A stretch of DNA of 64,000 nucleotides, taken from contig JBAYGC010000004.1 of NCBI GenBank assembly GCA_041666845.1, positions 7,965 to 71,964 of the forward strand, in the 5' to 3' direction. The notes below the pieces were generated by a model. It was not told where the DNA came from. It made no database searches and saw only the letters and a list, made by a program, of their open reading frames with translations. This DNA is from Patescibacteria group bacterium (GTDB lineage: Bacteria; Patescibacteriota; Patescibacteriia; UM-FILTER-42-10). Shown here one piece after another: positions 17,562-28,124 of the stretch. The translations under genes were made by a program, and so were the position numbers. The stretch's first letter is position 1; each line of letters opens with the position of its first letter.

Positions 17562-19028
17562 CTATTTATTCAACTTTTTTATAATTCCCCTATTCGCGTC
17601 CACTTCCACCAGATCGCCATCTTTTAATACTCTAGTAGCAACCTTTGTCCCAATTACACAGGGGACCTTCAATTCCCTAGCTACAATAGCGGCGTGACAA
17701 GTAATACCGCCAGAGTCAGTGATTATTGCACCGGCTTTTTGCATAGCAGGAACGACTTGAGGATTTGTGGATGTTGATACAAGTATATCTCCTTTTTTCA
17801 TTTTCGGTAGATCTAATACCTCGTCAATCCGTTTAACCACACCTTTTACTAAACCCGGATAAGCAGTATTTCCGTAAAGTACTTTGATTTTTGGATCAAC
17901 ACATAACGAACGTGAGATATCTTGAGAGATCCGCTTCACATTATTACCAGAAAGCACTTGATAATCAGTGCCTTTAAATAATACTACCGATTCCCTAATT
18001 CGTTCGTTCATTAATTCGGCACTGATATTGTTTTTCAGCAAGGCATCTTTCATTTCCTTTGGTGAAATCATGGATGCCTGGACTCTGGACAAATGATTTC
18101 TTTTGGCCAATTCTTGAATAAAATCATCCATTAGTAAGTGGGCCTTCTGGTTTAAGAATTTCCGTTCGAATTTCCAAAACCCCAGAGTTCGTAAAGCATG
18201 GATAACTCTTTTTTCCTGAACATTTAACCCAAGTTCCTGTTCCATGTTCTCCTGTTTTTTTGATAACCTATTTGCCGACTTGCCTTTTACAGCTAGCAGC
18301 TCCGTAACTGTCACTTTCTTGGCAGGAAGCAGGCTGAGCCGCTGTCGGATATCTTTTACTCCCCAAGCTGGTCCGTTATAACCATAACCGATCCAAGCGT
18401 ATTTCTTAAGATGATCAGCAACATCTTTTTTTGATAACTCATATCTCAGTTGTTTAAGCCGTAGCTTCAGCAAAGCCTTTTCCTCACGCAATATCACAGT
18501 TTCTCGGGGGGAAGAAGACAAAAGTTGAAAATATTCCCCGATTTTCTCATTACCTTTCCCTAATTTCCGACTAATGATCTGTTCCACTCGGTTGCTCAAA
18601 AGAGGTATTTCCATTTCAGCTGCGGTCGCCATTACACTATAAGTCATCATAGAAATAAATTTTTTCAGCCAATCCTGCCAGCGTGCTCTAAGTTCTTGAC
18701 CGCTCAATGCCGATAAATCACCTGAAAGCTTTTCTGCTGCTTCAAGCATCATCGGTACTTCTTTTTTATTTACTAACTCAATTTTTTTTAGCAAAATATC
18801 ATTTTGCTCTAGACGCTCTAGAATCTTTCTTCCAGGAACGGCTAAAGATCCTTCATTTGTTAGATAACTGAACGAGTTATCCTTATACCAACAGCCAATA
18901 ATACCATCCTCCACACCCACCTTTTTTGCTGCATATTGCGCACACCACCAGTACAGCATGGTGGGATAAAGATAAGCATTTTTATCATGGGCCAGTTCAA
19001 GCCATTTCTTTTGATATTGAATACTCAT
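17562..19028 (-). CDS. PEP-utilizing mobile domain protein, paralog 3
   Basis: C-terminal GGITCHAAIVARELKVPCVIG and AYPGLVKGVVKRI…GDILVSTSTNP. Confidence 0.8.
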   Translation of the reverse strand: MSIQYQKKWLELAHDKNAYLYPTMLYWWCAQYAAKKVGVEDGIIGCWYKDNSFSYLTNEGSLAVPGRKILERLEQNDILLKKIELVNKKEVPMMLEAAEKLSGDLSALSGQELRARWQDWLKKFISMMTYSVMATAAEMEIPLLSNRVEQIISRKLGKGNEKIGEYFQLLSSSPRETVILREEKALLKLRLKQLRYELSKKDVADHLKKYAWIGYGYNGPAWGVKDIRQRLSLLPAKKVTVTELLAVKGKSANRLSKKQENMEQELGLNVQEKRVIHALRTLGFWKFERKFLNQKAHLLMDDFIQELAKRNHLSRVQASMISPKEMKDALLKNNISAELMNERIRESVVLFKGTDYQVLSGNNVKRISQDISRSLCVDPKIKVLYGNTAYPGLVKGVVKRIDEVLDLPKMKKGDILVSTSTNPQVVPAMQKAGAIITDSGGITCHAAIVARELKVPCVIGTKVATRVLKDGDLVEVDANRGIIKKLNK

Positions 19029-19029
19029 A

Positions 19030-20508
19030 CTAGTTAATAATCTTTATATCCCCTTTTCTAGTATCCAGCTCTACCAAATCGCCGTCCTTTAGAACTTTTG
19101 TGGCAATCTTAGCACCGATAATACAAGGCTTTTTCATTTCTCGGGCAACAATGGCCGCATGTGAAGTCAATCCGCCTACATCCGTGACAAATGCCGCGGC
19201 TCTTTTCATTGCCGGCAGGAGCGAGGGGGTAGTAGCAACCGATACTAAGATATCACCATTTTTCACTTTAGCCATTTTTGATGCTTCATTTACGATTTTT
19301 ACTTTTCCCTTGGCGTAACCGGCTGAAGCTACTGTCCCATGAATAACAAAAACCTGCTGTATCTTTTGTTTTTCTCTTTTTACATTTTGTCTGACATAGT
19401 CTCTGGCCTTTTTGCCGGTAAAAATTATCTGCCGATCCTCGCTTAGCGCAATCCAAACACAATATTTACTTCGCTCCTGCAATACTTCCAGTGGAACCGC
19501 CTTTCTTGCTTTCAGCCAGTTAACTAGCTCTGACTTTGAACAATAATACAGCAATTTTTTCGGTACCTTAAACCTCCTTGATGCTACGGAAAGAATCTTT
19601 TCCCATTGAGAATATACACCGAATAATATTTCCATACGCAATCCCTTTAGATAAGTAAATGTCTGGGCAACATTGAAGAGATATTTTTCTTGATCATTTA
19701 GACCGAGCTTCTCAAACGTGGCAAGCTGTTTTTTCCGAAGCACAGTAGCATAAGTAAGCAGATCATTCAATTCTTTCTTTGCTTTCTTTTTATTTTTAAC
19801 CAGCTCTTTAATAGAAAGCTCCACTTCTTCAAATGCCATACGGGGACCAAGTTGTCCGAAACTTACCCAGTTCCATTTCTTGTAATAATTACCGACCTTC
19901 CTTTCCTCAACATTTCTTCCGGCAGTATTGACAATCATCTGCATGAGTTCAATTCTGGCTGTCTTTGAGGGTATAGGTCTTACTGGAGAAGAAAGTGTAT
20001 TCACTGTTTCAGGAATTGACACAGACTTCTTATTCTTCTCCACCGCCCTTTTTACTATTTTTTTTAGTAAGTGGGAATATTTTTGGAAATAGTGATCAGA
20101 AAACACCGGCACATAACCCCAAATACAAAGGTCATTAGCCAGTTTATAAGTTTTTTGTAAATAATTTGCCAACTGATGATTAGCCCATTGTTCCGGGTCA
20201 TCGTTTTCCACATCTCGGATTGATTTCAATAGAACTTTCGCTATATCCTCTGATTCTTTACGAACTCTTTCTACAAACCCAGGATTCTCCTGAATTTTAC
20301 CAATCAAGAAATCCGACCCCTTATCCCACGCAACATAGTCAACATAAAACAGAAGCTTTTGCTTTTCGTGTTCACAAAAAGTTCTCTCACCTACTTTACG
20401 GCCGTCCAATAGCTTCATCAATAGATTGCTCGGCCAAGCATTATGATTGGGTGAAATAGTTAGTGGACTTATGGAATATTCTTCGTGTGATAATACGTAT
20501 CTTTTCAT
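19030..20508 (-). CDS. PEP-utilizing mobile domain protein, paralog 4
   Basis: C-terminal GGLTSHAAIVAREMKKPCIIG. Its stop is 1 nt from the start of paralog 3. Confidence 0.8.
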   Translation of the reverse strand: MKRYVLSHEEYSISPLTISPNHNAWPSNLLMKLLDGRKVGERTFCEHEKQKLLFYVDYVAWDKGSDFLIGKIQENPGFVERVRKESEDIAKVLLKSIRDVENDDPEQWANHQLANYLQKTYKLANDLCIWGYVPVFSDHYFQKYSHLLKKIVKRAVEKNKKSVSIPETVNTLSSPVRPIPSKTARIELMQMIVNTAGRNVEERKVGNYYKKWNWVSFGQLGPRMAFEEVELSIKELVKNKKKAKKELNDLLTYATVLRKKQLATFEKLGLNDQEKYLFNVAQTFTYLKGLRMEILFGVYSQWEKILSVASRRFKVPKKLLYYCSKSELVNWLKARKAVPLEVLQERSKYCVWIALSEDRQIIFTGKKARDYVRQNVKREKQKIQQVFVIHGTVASAGYAKGKVKIVNEASKMAKVKNGDILVSVATTPSLLPAMKRAAAFVTDVGGLTSHAAIVAREMKKPCIIGAKIATKVLKDGDLVELDTRKGDIKIIN

Positions 20509-20553
20509 ATTTTTTCCCGTGAAGATGTTCTAAATATATCACATGTTGATTAA

Positions 20554-21627
20554 TTATAATTTTCTCACTATTCCTTTATTCGCGTCTACTTCCACCAGAA
20601 CACCGTCTCTAAAAACTTTCGTCGCAACTTTAGTCCCTACAATACAGGGCTTCTTCAATTCTCTTGCGGTAATAGCAGCATGAGACAGCAATCCACCGGA
20701 ATCAGTAATAAAACCGCCCGCCTTCTTCATTAAGGGCAAATACTCCGGCCTGGTCATGCTGGCAACTAAAATATCCCCTTTAGTGAAAGAAGTGATATTT
20801 TTCGGGTCATGAACAATTCTGACATGCCCGACGATTTTCCCCCTTTGTGCTACAGTTCCGTGGAGAACTTCAAATGACTGAACCTTATTAAGAATTGCCT
20901 CAACTTGCTTAAATTGGCGCCCGATAAAATGAATATTCTTATTGGTATTTGCAAACACAGCAAATCCAGGGTTGCGCTTCTGCAGTATCAATTTTGAAGG
21001 AAGTGGTTTGCCGTTCAGATAATCCTCAATTTCCTGGTATGTGCAACATAAGACTAATGATTGCGGCAATTTTTCTTTTTTTCCAATTTGTTTTGCCATA
21101 TTTTCCAGAAACTCTTCGGTTTCAGTCAGCACTGTTTCAGCATACACCCTGGCTTTCTCAAGTAATACAAAATATCTTTTAATCTGATTTTCAGACAATC
21201 CATCGACTATATATTTTACATTAATATGCGGCTGATAATATGCCACCAGCTTCTGAAAATATTCTTCAAATATTTTTGCAGTAAATATCGAACGGCTGTG
21301 AGTGCGAAGAAATTTCCTGATATGGTCCGACTGTTTTTTCAAATTATTGCAGATCTGAATTACACGCTTTGGATTACGGTTTACTTCATCAGCCAAATAG
21401 TGACAGAATTCCTCCCGATCTCTCTGTCGTGCCCATCCTTGGCTTTTTCCATTTTTTACTACTATTACAGTTTCGGGTAAGAAAGGTCTTCCGCGGAACC
21501 TGATCAAGCTGACATATTCCACTGCAAAGTGACTGCAGGAGAAAAGACTCCATTTTCCGGCCCAAATCTGTAACCAGTCCGGTCGGTTCAGTTCATCGGG
21601 TTTTATTTGGACAGTCTTTTTCATCAA
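20554..21627 (-). CDS. PEP-utilizing mobile domain protein, paralog 5 (shorter N-domain)
   Basis: C-terminal GGLLSHAAITARELKKPCIVG. 357 aa. Overlaps paralog 6 by 4 nt. Confidence 0.75.
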   Translation of the reverse strand: MMKKTVQIKPDELNRPDWLQIWAGKWSLFSCSHFAVEYVSLIRFRGRPFLPETVIVVKNGKSQGWARQRDREEFCHYLADEVNRNPKRVIQICNNLKKQSDHIRKFLRTHSRSIFTAKIFEEYFQKLVAYYQPHINVKYIVDGLSENQIKRYFVLLEKARVYAETVLTETEEFLENMAKQIGKKEKLPQSLVLCCTYQEIEDYLNGKPLPSKLILQKRNPGFAVFANTNKNIHFIGRQFKQVEAILNKVQSFEVLHGTVAQRGKIVGHVRIVHDPKNITSFTKGDILVASMTRPEYLPLMKKAGGFITDSGGLLSHAAITARELKKPCIVGTKVATKVFRDGVLVEVDANKGIVRKL

Positions 21628-23249
21628 ATTTTCCTTACTATTCCCTTCGTTGCGTCTACTTCCACTAAATCCCCGTCTTTAAATACTTTGGTGGCAATTT
21701 TTGTGCCGATAACACAAGGGATACCTAGTTCGCGTGATATGATTGCAGCATGGGAAGTTACCCCACCTTGTTCCGTAACAATGGCGGAGGCTTTTTTCAT
21801 TGCCGGTACTATATCCGGATCTGTAGCTATTGATACCAGTACATCACCATTTTTCATTTTATTCATATCTGACGATCTGATAATCAACTTTACTGCGCCC
21901 CTGCCCCTGCCGACACATCCGCATTGTCCCTGTACTTCTGTTATTTCATTATCAATTGCTATTTTAGTTTTTTCGGCCATTTTTTTTGCTTCGTTGCCGA
22001 CAAATACCTTTTCAATTCCCTTCTCGGCATAATACACACAATATTTTGTTCTTTTCTGCAACGCTTTTTTATCCGGTTTCTTTCCCCCGATTAACGCATC
22101 CCCGATTTCTGATTTTAGCATAAATCTTACCTGCATTAATGAAATATCCAGTCGCCTAGCTATTTCTTCCAATACCGGCTGCATATTATAGATTGCATAA
22201 ATCTGGGCAAACCGTCGATAAATCTTGGTTATCATGAAATCAGCCCAACTGGTGAATATTGTTTTCCACGGATTTTTTATCTTTAGTTTTTTGATTAATG
22301 TATTTCTTTTTATAATCAGATTCTTGTGCTCATTGATTTCATCTTTCAATAATTCTACTACATTTATGCCTTCACCAATCAGTTTTACAAGTTCCTTAAG
22401 ATAATAGTCAAAAGTGTAAATACCGTCCTTACCGATCCACATAAACTTCACGTAATGATATTTAATATAATGTTGCTCAATTAGTTTTAGTATCTCCATC
22501 TTAATCTGATCTTTCATCTCCGCTACTTTCTTTTCGAATGCAGCTTCATATTCCGGCGTATGTGTTTCCAGGCCATAGGGTGAAACATTATACTCTAAAA
22601 ATTCCTGATACAGTTCCCGGAACAGTTTTTTGTGATAAGAATCTTTCTGAATTTTTGACGCGATTGTCAAGAACTCCTCGCGCTCAATCTGAATTAGTGA
22701 TTTTTTTTCAGGTACAGTCAGTGTTACTAAATATTCATTAATCTTTTCTTTTCTGACCCCGATTGACTTCAAATATTTTTTAAGCTCTTCAGTAAAGTCG
22801 TTATGAAACATGTCGGCTGCTACCGGCAACCAGCCCCATTGGTAATATTTTGTGTGGATTTCATCATGCCTTTGATAAAAGAACCAAAGTTGCTTTTTGG
22901 TAAGTTTTTCCAAATTTTCCTGGGGAAGATTATGCGCAAAATAACGCAGTTTATCAGACCATTTTACAATTTCTTCATTTACCTCCACCGTAAATTGAGG
23001 ATTTTTGACAAATTTTTCAACCAAATGTTTTCCTTGCTTAAAAGAATCATCTTCTCCGAAATAGAACCACAGATGATATCCTTTATAGATCGCCATTACT
23101 TTTTCGTTGGCAAATCCACCCGGTTTGACAAATTCGTTGGCAAAACAGGAAAGCCAAATTTGCGAAAAAAACAGATCAATATCCGGTATGTCTTCAGCCA
23201 ACATCCATGAGTCTTGGCTATTTAAATGCTTCAATCTTCTTTTTGACAT
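21624..23249 (-). CDS. PEP-utilizing mobile domain protein, paralog 6
   Basis: C-terminal GGVTSHAAIISRELGIPCVIG and GRGAVKLII…GDVLVSIATDP. Confidence 0.8.
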   Translation of the reverse strand: MSKRRLKHLNSQDSWMLAEDIPDIDLFFSQIWLSCFANEFVKPGGFANEKVMAIYKGYHLWFYFGEDDSFKQGKHLVEKFVKNPQFTVEVNEEIVKWSDKLRYFAHNLPQENLEKLTKKQLWFFYQRHDEIHTKYYQWGWLPVAADMFHNDFTEELKKYLKSIGVRKEKINEYLVTLTVPEKKSLIQIEREEFLTIASKIQKDSYHKKLFRELYQEFLEYNVSPYGLETHTPEYEAAFEKKVAEMKDQIKMEILKLIEQHYIKYHYVKFMWIGKDGIYTFDYYLKELVKLIGEGINVVELLKDEINEHKNLIIKRNTLIKKLKIKNPWKTIFTSWADFMITKIYRRFAQIYAIYNMQPVLEEIARRLDISLMQVRFMLKSEIGDALIGGKKPDKKALQKRTKYCVYYAEKGIEKVFVGNEAKKMAEKTKIAIDNEITEVQGQCGCVGRGRGAVKLIIRSSDMNKMKNGDVLVSIATDPDIVPAMKKASAIVTEQGGVTSHAAIISRELGIPCVIGTKIATKVFKDGDLVEVDATKGIVRKI

Positions 23250-23312
23250 TCTATCTATATTCTCAATAAATATATACAGCGAGTTTGCTGTAATGTTATT
23301 TTAATCTAAAAA

Positions 23313-23822
23313 TTATGGTTTCCCCCCAAACATTTGTGACCATGTGGTGTTACAAAAAAGACAAGCACCTTCAACTATCGGAGCTTTCCTTTCCAGTCTG
23401 TATAATAAGTAATATTTTTGAGATGCTACATCATCATCAAGCGCATATCGAGTATATAAATATATATAGTGTTGATTTGTTTCATTATCAGTAATATTCA
23501 ATGGATCACTTGGCAGTGTCGGCATATATTTTGGTACCAGCGAGGGAATCCAATTATTTGGCTCGCTCCATGAATCACAGACGATAACTGAAGGCAGGGC
23601 ATTACATACCTTGTAATCAGGATAAACCCCGTAGTCGTTATAATAAAGCTCCAGAGCATTTCGGATTGCGTCTAGATCCGCAAGTCTTTTTGTATCTCGT
23701 GCTTCAGCCCTGGCATTTTGCATAGATACGAAAGCAATAGATGATATAAGACCAATAATGGCAACCACCACTAAAAGCTCCATTAATGTGAAACCTTTTT
23801 GTCCCTTATATAGATATTTCAT
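23313..23822 (-). CDS. Type IV pilin-like (prepilin N-terminal cleavage/methylation domain) protein
   Basis: KGFTLMELLVVVAIIGLISSIAF class III signal (G|FTLMEL) at the N-terminus. 169 aa. Confidence 0.8.
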   Translation of the reverse strand: MKYLYKGQKGFTLMELLVVVAIIGLISSIAFVSMQNARAEARDTKRLADLDAIRNALELYYNDYGVYPDYKVCNALPSVIVCDSWSEPNNWIPSLVPKYMPTLPSDPLNITDNETNQHYIYLYTRYALDDDVASQKYYLLYRLERKAPIVEGACLFCNTTWSQMFGGKP

Positions 23823-23833
23823 ATGTTTTTTTA

Positions 23834-25480
23834 TTATTGTGGCATAAAGAATTTACCCACTGCTATGTTTACACCTGACGTCATTTCATTCGGAAAAGCC
23901 ACCACTTCATAAAGCGGGTGTTCGCCCATGCCTTTCCAAATCTTAATTACCGCCCGGTCGCCTGACTGTACCGCGGTTACTATTTCATCTTTTCCATCAT
24001 AATTGAAATCACCCGTAGCTAAGCTTACTCCACCGCGAAATTCGGGATGGTAGGCAAAAAAACCGTTGTAATAGAGAGTCATCGAACCGTCGGGTAAACG
24101 ACGGAATATTCGGACATGTGGTCCGCCAACCGCTACCGGCGCAGTGATTATTTCATCACCACTACTCCCTACCAAATCACCCGTTGCAATATTCACCCCC
24201 CCTCGAAAATCGGTGGGGTAAGCCATGAATCCTAAAATGTGCGGCCAAATTTTATTTCCTTCATAATGAAATATTCGCACGTGTGGACCGCCGGTCAATA
24301 TTCCCGGAACCGTAATTATGTCAGCATGACCATCTGAATCCAGATCACCGCTTGCCACTTCCCAGCTTCCCCTCAGCCATTCGTTATAAGCAAAAAAGTT
24401 TTCAATCGTCGGTACATACATACCGTCACGTTTGCCGAAGATCCTAATATTCGGCCCGCCACCTGAAGCAGGAGATACGATTATTTCACTGCCGCCCTTC
24501 TTATCTACATCACCAATTGCAACTTTCACGCCGTTTCGGAATCCATCCTGATATACTGAAATTTCATCAAGCAGATCGCCCTTCCAGTTGAAAATACGCA
24601 CTCTCGGTTCATAGCCGGTGCCCGGACCGACAACTATCTCATCAATACCATCCGAGTCAAGATCACCGGTTGCGACATTTACACCGCCACGAAATGACTG
24701 GGAATAGGCAAAAAATTGGGAAAGCAAATGGCCTTCTTTTGTAAATATTCTAACCTGTGGCCCACCTCCCTGGTTCGGGACAGCAACTAAGTAACTCTCC
24801 TGAAGTTGTAATTCACCCCCACCAACCGGCGGTTGTACAGGATCATCGGGCAAACTGTCGTCCCCCGGAATTTCCGCTGGTGGATTAACCACAGTACATT
24901 CATCTGTCAGGTATGGAATTTCCTCCTGTGTACCACAATTATTTAAATCGCTGCAGGTTCTGGATTTTACCCCATCTATACATTCCGACCAGGCTGAACA
25001 TGTCCAAGATTCAACACAATCCGTACTATGGGTTGTGATATTTGAAAGCGCGGACCATTGTCCTTCATTATCTGCGGTTTTGATTGCAAAATAGTAAGTG
25101 GTGTTTGGCGCCAAACCCATAACAATGAACGATTCTTCCGTCCCGGCAGAGGAAGGAGCAGGAGGATCAATCACTTGTGTTGCACTGTCCCAGTTAGAGC
25201 TATTAATCGCTTGCGTACTGTAACGAATATCATATTCAACTGCCGTACCGGTAAAACCATCATCGCCGGGCGCTGTCCATTCGAGATTTATCGAATTTGC
25301 CGAAGTAGCACTAAACCCTGCCTGCACTTCAGTTAAGTATAGCTGATTATTATATGGATAGAGCAGGCTGTATGACAAACCGATCAATGCTGAAAATCCC
25401 GCAATTATTGCAATCTCAATACTTATCCTGACAAGAATTATTGGTTTGTTTTTAATTATTGAATCTGTTTTCACCTGCAT
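23834..25480 (-). CDS. Membrane-anchored surface protein with fibronectin type III domain and FG-GAP/VCBS-type beta-propeller repeats
   Basis: N-terminal TM. FN3-like segment (INLEWTAPGDDGFTGTAVEYDIRYS). Repeated GDLDSDG..EI..GPG…PRVRIF motifs occur in at least 6 copies. Confidence 0.65.
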   Translation of the reverse strand: MQVKTDSIIKNKPIILVRISIEIAIIAGFSALIGLSYSLLYPYNNQLYLTEVQAGFSATSANSINLEWTAPGDDGFTGTAVEYDIRYSTQAINSSNWDSATQVIDPPAPSSAGTEESFIVMGLAPNTTYYFAIKTADNEGQWSALSNITTHSTDCVESWTCSAWSECIDGVKSRTCSDLNNCGTQEEIPYLTDECTVVNPPAEIPGDDSLPDDPVQPPVGGGELQLQESYLVAVPNQGGGPQVRIFTKEGHLLSQFFAYSQSFRGGVNVATGDLDSDGIDEIVVGPGTGYEPRVRIFNWKGDLLDEISVYQDGFRNGVKVAIGDVDKKGGSEIIVSPASGGGPNIRIFGKRDGMYVPTIENFFAYNEWLRGSWEVASGDLDSDGHADIITVPGILTGGPHVRIFHYEGNKIWPHILGFMAYPTDFRGGVNIATGDLVGSSGDEIITAPVAVGGPHVRIFRRLPDGSMTLYYNGFFAYHPEFRGGVSLATGDFNYDGKDEIVTAVQSGDRAVIKIWKGMGEHPLYEVVAFPNEMTSGVNIAVGKFFMPQ

Positions 25481-28027
25481 TTAATAAGCTATTAAGTCGC
25501 TGATAGTTCCAGGAGGTGTGCTATCTACTGGCGGCAGAGGATTAAGCAATATTCTGCCATCATACATACTTAGTGTTACTGAATCCGTCTCACCGCCCGG
25601 ATTGGCAGCAGGATCTTGACCTCCCTCCGTTGCATCAATATATCTGTATGTTCCACCAAGATTAACTGTAGAAGTCGCTATTGTATTATTTAATAATACA
25701 ATGCCATTTTCAAAATCTCTCCGGTATATGCCGGATTGTACTTGAGCATAATCTGTCGTCGGCAAACCCAAATAACCTCTACCGACAGCATAATCATCGG
25801 TAGGCTGTCCGGTTTCAAAATCAACCCAATATTCATCAAACCATGATTGTGACCTGTTACCGTCGGGACTCTGCGGATTGTAATATATTCCGGTCATTAA
25901 ACTGGCGGCAAGTCCATAACGATGATACCGATAATAAGAAGTGCTACCTTGGAGATTTGCATTTTCAAATAAATTATCATTCAGATGTGGTGCCAGTGAA
26001 TTTTCTTCCCAATATTCAAATCCGCGCGTATTGGCCGGATCAAAGTAATAAGTAAGGGTACTTGGCTGAAACACCCTTTCCCACAAATTACCATTGTAGT
26101 CTCCATGATACACCGCATTACCATTACCGACGGTCAGCATGTCTTGACCCAACCGCTCCCGGTTCTTTTGCATTTGCGCGTGCATCCCTTCGTTCCATAT
26201 TTGCGTTGCTTTATCCAAGTCCGCTGAGTTATTCAAATCCTCATCAATACCATCAAAATCAAAGTCACAATACTGCTCATATACTCCCGGATTCTCTACA
26301 TAATCATATAAAAACCAGAAGGAAGGTCCGACAACATCCCACCAAATCCCGTCAAAATAATTCAGCCGGTCAAAGATATCTTTTTCCATGTGTTCCGCTG
26401 AAATGTCTGTATAAGGTGAAATGACATTCAAATTATAAATCAAATTACTGGGGAAACTTGGGTTATAGCAATAAGTACCCGGACTTTCCGAACTTTGCAG
26501 ACGGAGACTGGGATTCAGACGGTCATTGAAAGTCTTAAATGCCACACCGCTGTAATCCTGATAACCGATTGCATCTTTATAAAGAAGTACTGCCGCATTA
26601 GGATTGGCTTCCTTAATTTGACGAATGACATCCGGAACTCCTATGGCAGCTTTAGAAAAATTTACCATATCGTATCTGCTTAAATATTCCACTTCACTAG
26701 TAGTTGGCAAATTACCCCACCACAATTCCGAAATTTTTGGATAGGTCTGCGGAATATCCGGCAACACCCTGAATTGACGGAAAAAACCGTAATCATCCGG
26801 ATCATCTGATGTTCCCTGGCACTTGATGGCAACAGGAAACTGGTCAATAATATCGTCAACTGTCTGTGTAATTGAATGTTCGGTTCCTGCGGGGCCAGTA
26901 GAATTTGCAAGTACACTGTATTGCTCCGGCCTTACTCCGTAACGGCAGGTCATGGGCGATGGTGTTGTAAAACTGATGGTAAATTGCTCCGTATTCGGTA
27001 TAAAATACCCGTCAGGACTGGTCACTGATATCTTATGATCCAAGACGGTCGCACTACTGCTTAAAGCATCTCCGCCACCCGTGACTGTTAAGCCGATTTC
27101 ATCGCCCAGCACAAGATCACCGTCATAATAGATATCACTTTCGGAAAACGGTACGGATCTTTTGTAGTATTCGTGTATCTGATCTGAACTGAGCGGCGCA
27201 TTCAAGAATCTTAGTTCATCAACAATCACATTATTATTACCAACAACTATATTTTCACTACCCGGTACAATAGAGGGAAAATTTTCCCCCTCCGTATAGT
27301 CTCTTCTATAAACCTGTTCACCATTATAATAATATTTAATAACCTTCCCAGAAGCGGACCAAGTAGCGGTTAAGAGTACTGGGATACCTGTCGGCATTAC
27401 CACACGATCATTACCCCCTTGTGCAGAAAGTTCCCAGCCATCAGCATAATCATACATTGTAAATTTGAGTACATTTATCTCATGTACGTTCATCATGAAC
27501 GAATCACCGGTCGAATTATTGTGATATCTGAAAATATACGGACTCGTATCAAACACCGGATCAGTAAGTGGTTTTTTTAATGTCAGCCAGATGTCCATCG
27601 TCCCCTCGCTAAAATCAATATTGTTTGATAGGGAATATTCCGCACTACCGACCATACCCTTGCCAAATTTACCATTTTCGTAAGTAACCGAACCGGATGA
27701 AACCGGATTTTCGCCAGTTACCGTTGCCTGAGAATCATCAAAATGTGCTAAAAAGGTAGTAGGCACTGTGCCATTTTCCGCCACTTCGCTGTTTAGCGAC
27801 CATTCATACAGTGAATCTTCCGTGGCATCGGAATGCGCAACTATTTCACTACCAACGTACGGCTGAACAATATTCAGATAGGAGTCGGTCGCCTGCGTTT
27901 CCGGAGCCAACTTGCCATCTTTCCATAAATAAAAAACCGCCGTTGAAACAGCGGCACTTAAAACAAAAATGACAACTACTCTAGTTATTATACCCCTAGC
28001 CCTGAATGCGCCAATATCACTACGCAT
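25481..28027 (-). CDS. Large secreted/membrane-anchored protein with LamG/concanavalin-like domain
   Basis: N-terminal TM. LamG-like stretch (GTMDIWLTL…VLLTATWSASGKVIKYYYNGEQV…VDELRFLNAPLS). 848 aa. The remainder is unassigned. Confidence 0.55.
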   Translation of the reverse strand: MRSDIGAFRARGIITRVVVIFVLSAAVSTAVFYLWKDGKLAPETQATDSYLNIVQPYVGSEIVAHSDATEDSLYEWSLNSEVAENGTVPTTFLAHFDDSQATVTGENPVSSGSVTYENGKFGKGMVGSAEYSLSNNIDFSEGTMDIWLTLKKPLTDPVFDTSPYIFRYHNNSTGDSFMMNVHEINVLKFTMYDYADGWELSAQGGNDRVVMPTGIPVLLTATWSASGKVIKYYYNGEQVYRRDYTEGENFPSIVPGSENIVVGNNNVIVDELRFLNAPLSSDQIHEYYKRSVPFSESDIYYDGDLVLGDEIGLTVTGGGDALSSSATVLDHKISVTSPDGYFIPNTEQFTISFTTPSPMTCRYGVRPEQYSVLANSTGPAGTEHSITQTVDDIIDQFPVAIKCQGTSDDPDDYGFFRQFRVLPDIPQTYPKISELWWGNLPTTSEVEYLSRYDMVNFSKAAIGVPDVIRQIKEANPNAAVLLYKDAIGYQDYSGVAFKTFNDRLNPSLRLQSSESPGTYCYNPSFPSNLIYNLNVISPYTDISAEHMEKDIFDRLNYFDGIWWDVVGPSFWFLYDYVENPGVYEQYCDFDFDGIDEDLNNSADLDKATQIWNEGMHAQMQKNRERLGQDMLTVGNGNAVYHGDYNGNLWERVFQPSTLTYYFDPANTRGFEYWEENSLAPHLNDNLFENANLQGSTSYYRYHRYGLAASLMTGIYYNPQSPDGNRSQSWFDEYWVDFETGQPTDDYAVGRGYLGLPTTDYAQVQSGIYRRDFENGIVLLNNTIATSTVNLGGTYRYIDATEGGQDPAANPGGETDSVTLSMYDGRILLNPLPPVDSTPPGTISDLIAY

Positions 28028-28124
28028 AGTTTTTTTATACTCATATTACGTGATTAATGATAACAGAAAAATCGCATTTTGTCAATTTAGTGCTACTTAT
28101 GAAAATTTTTGCAAAATCTATATT

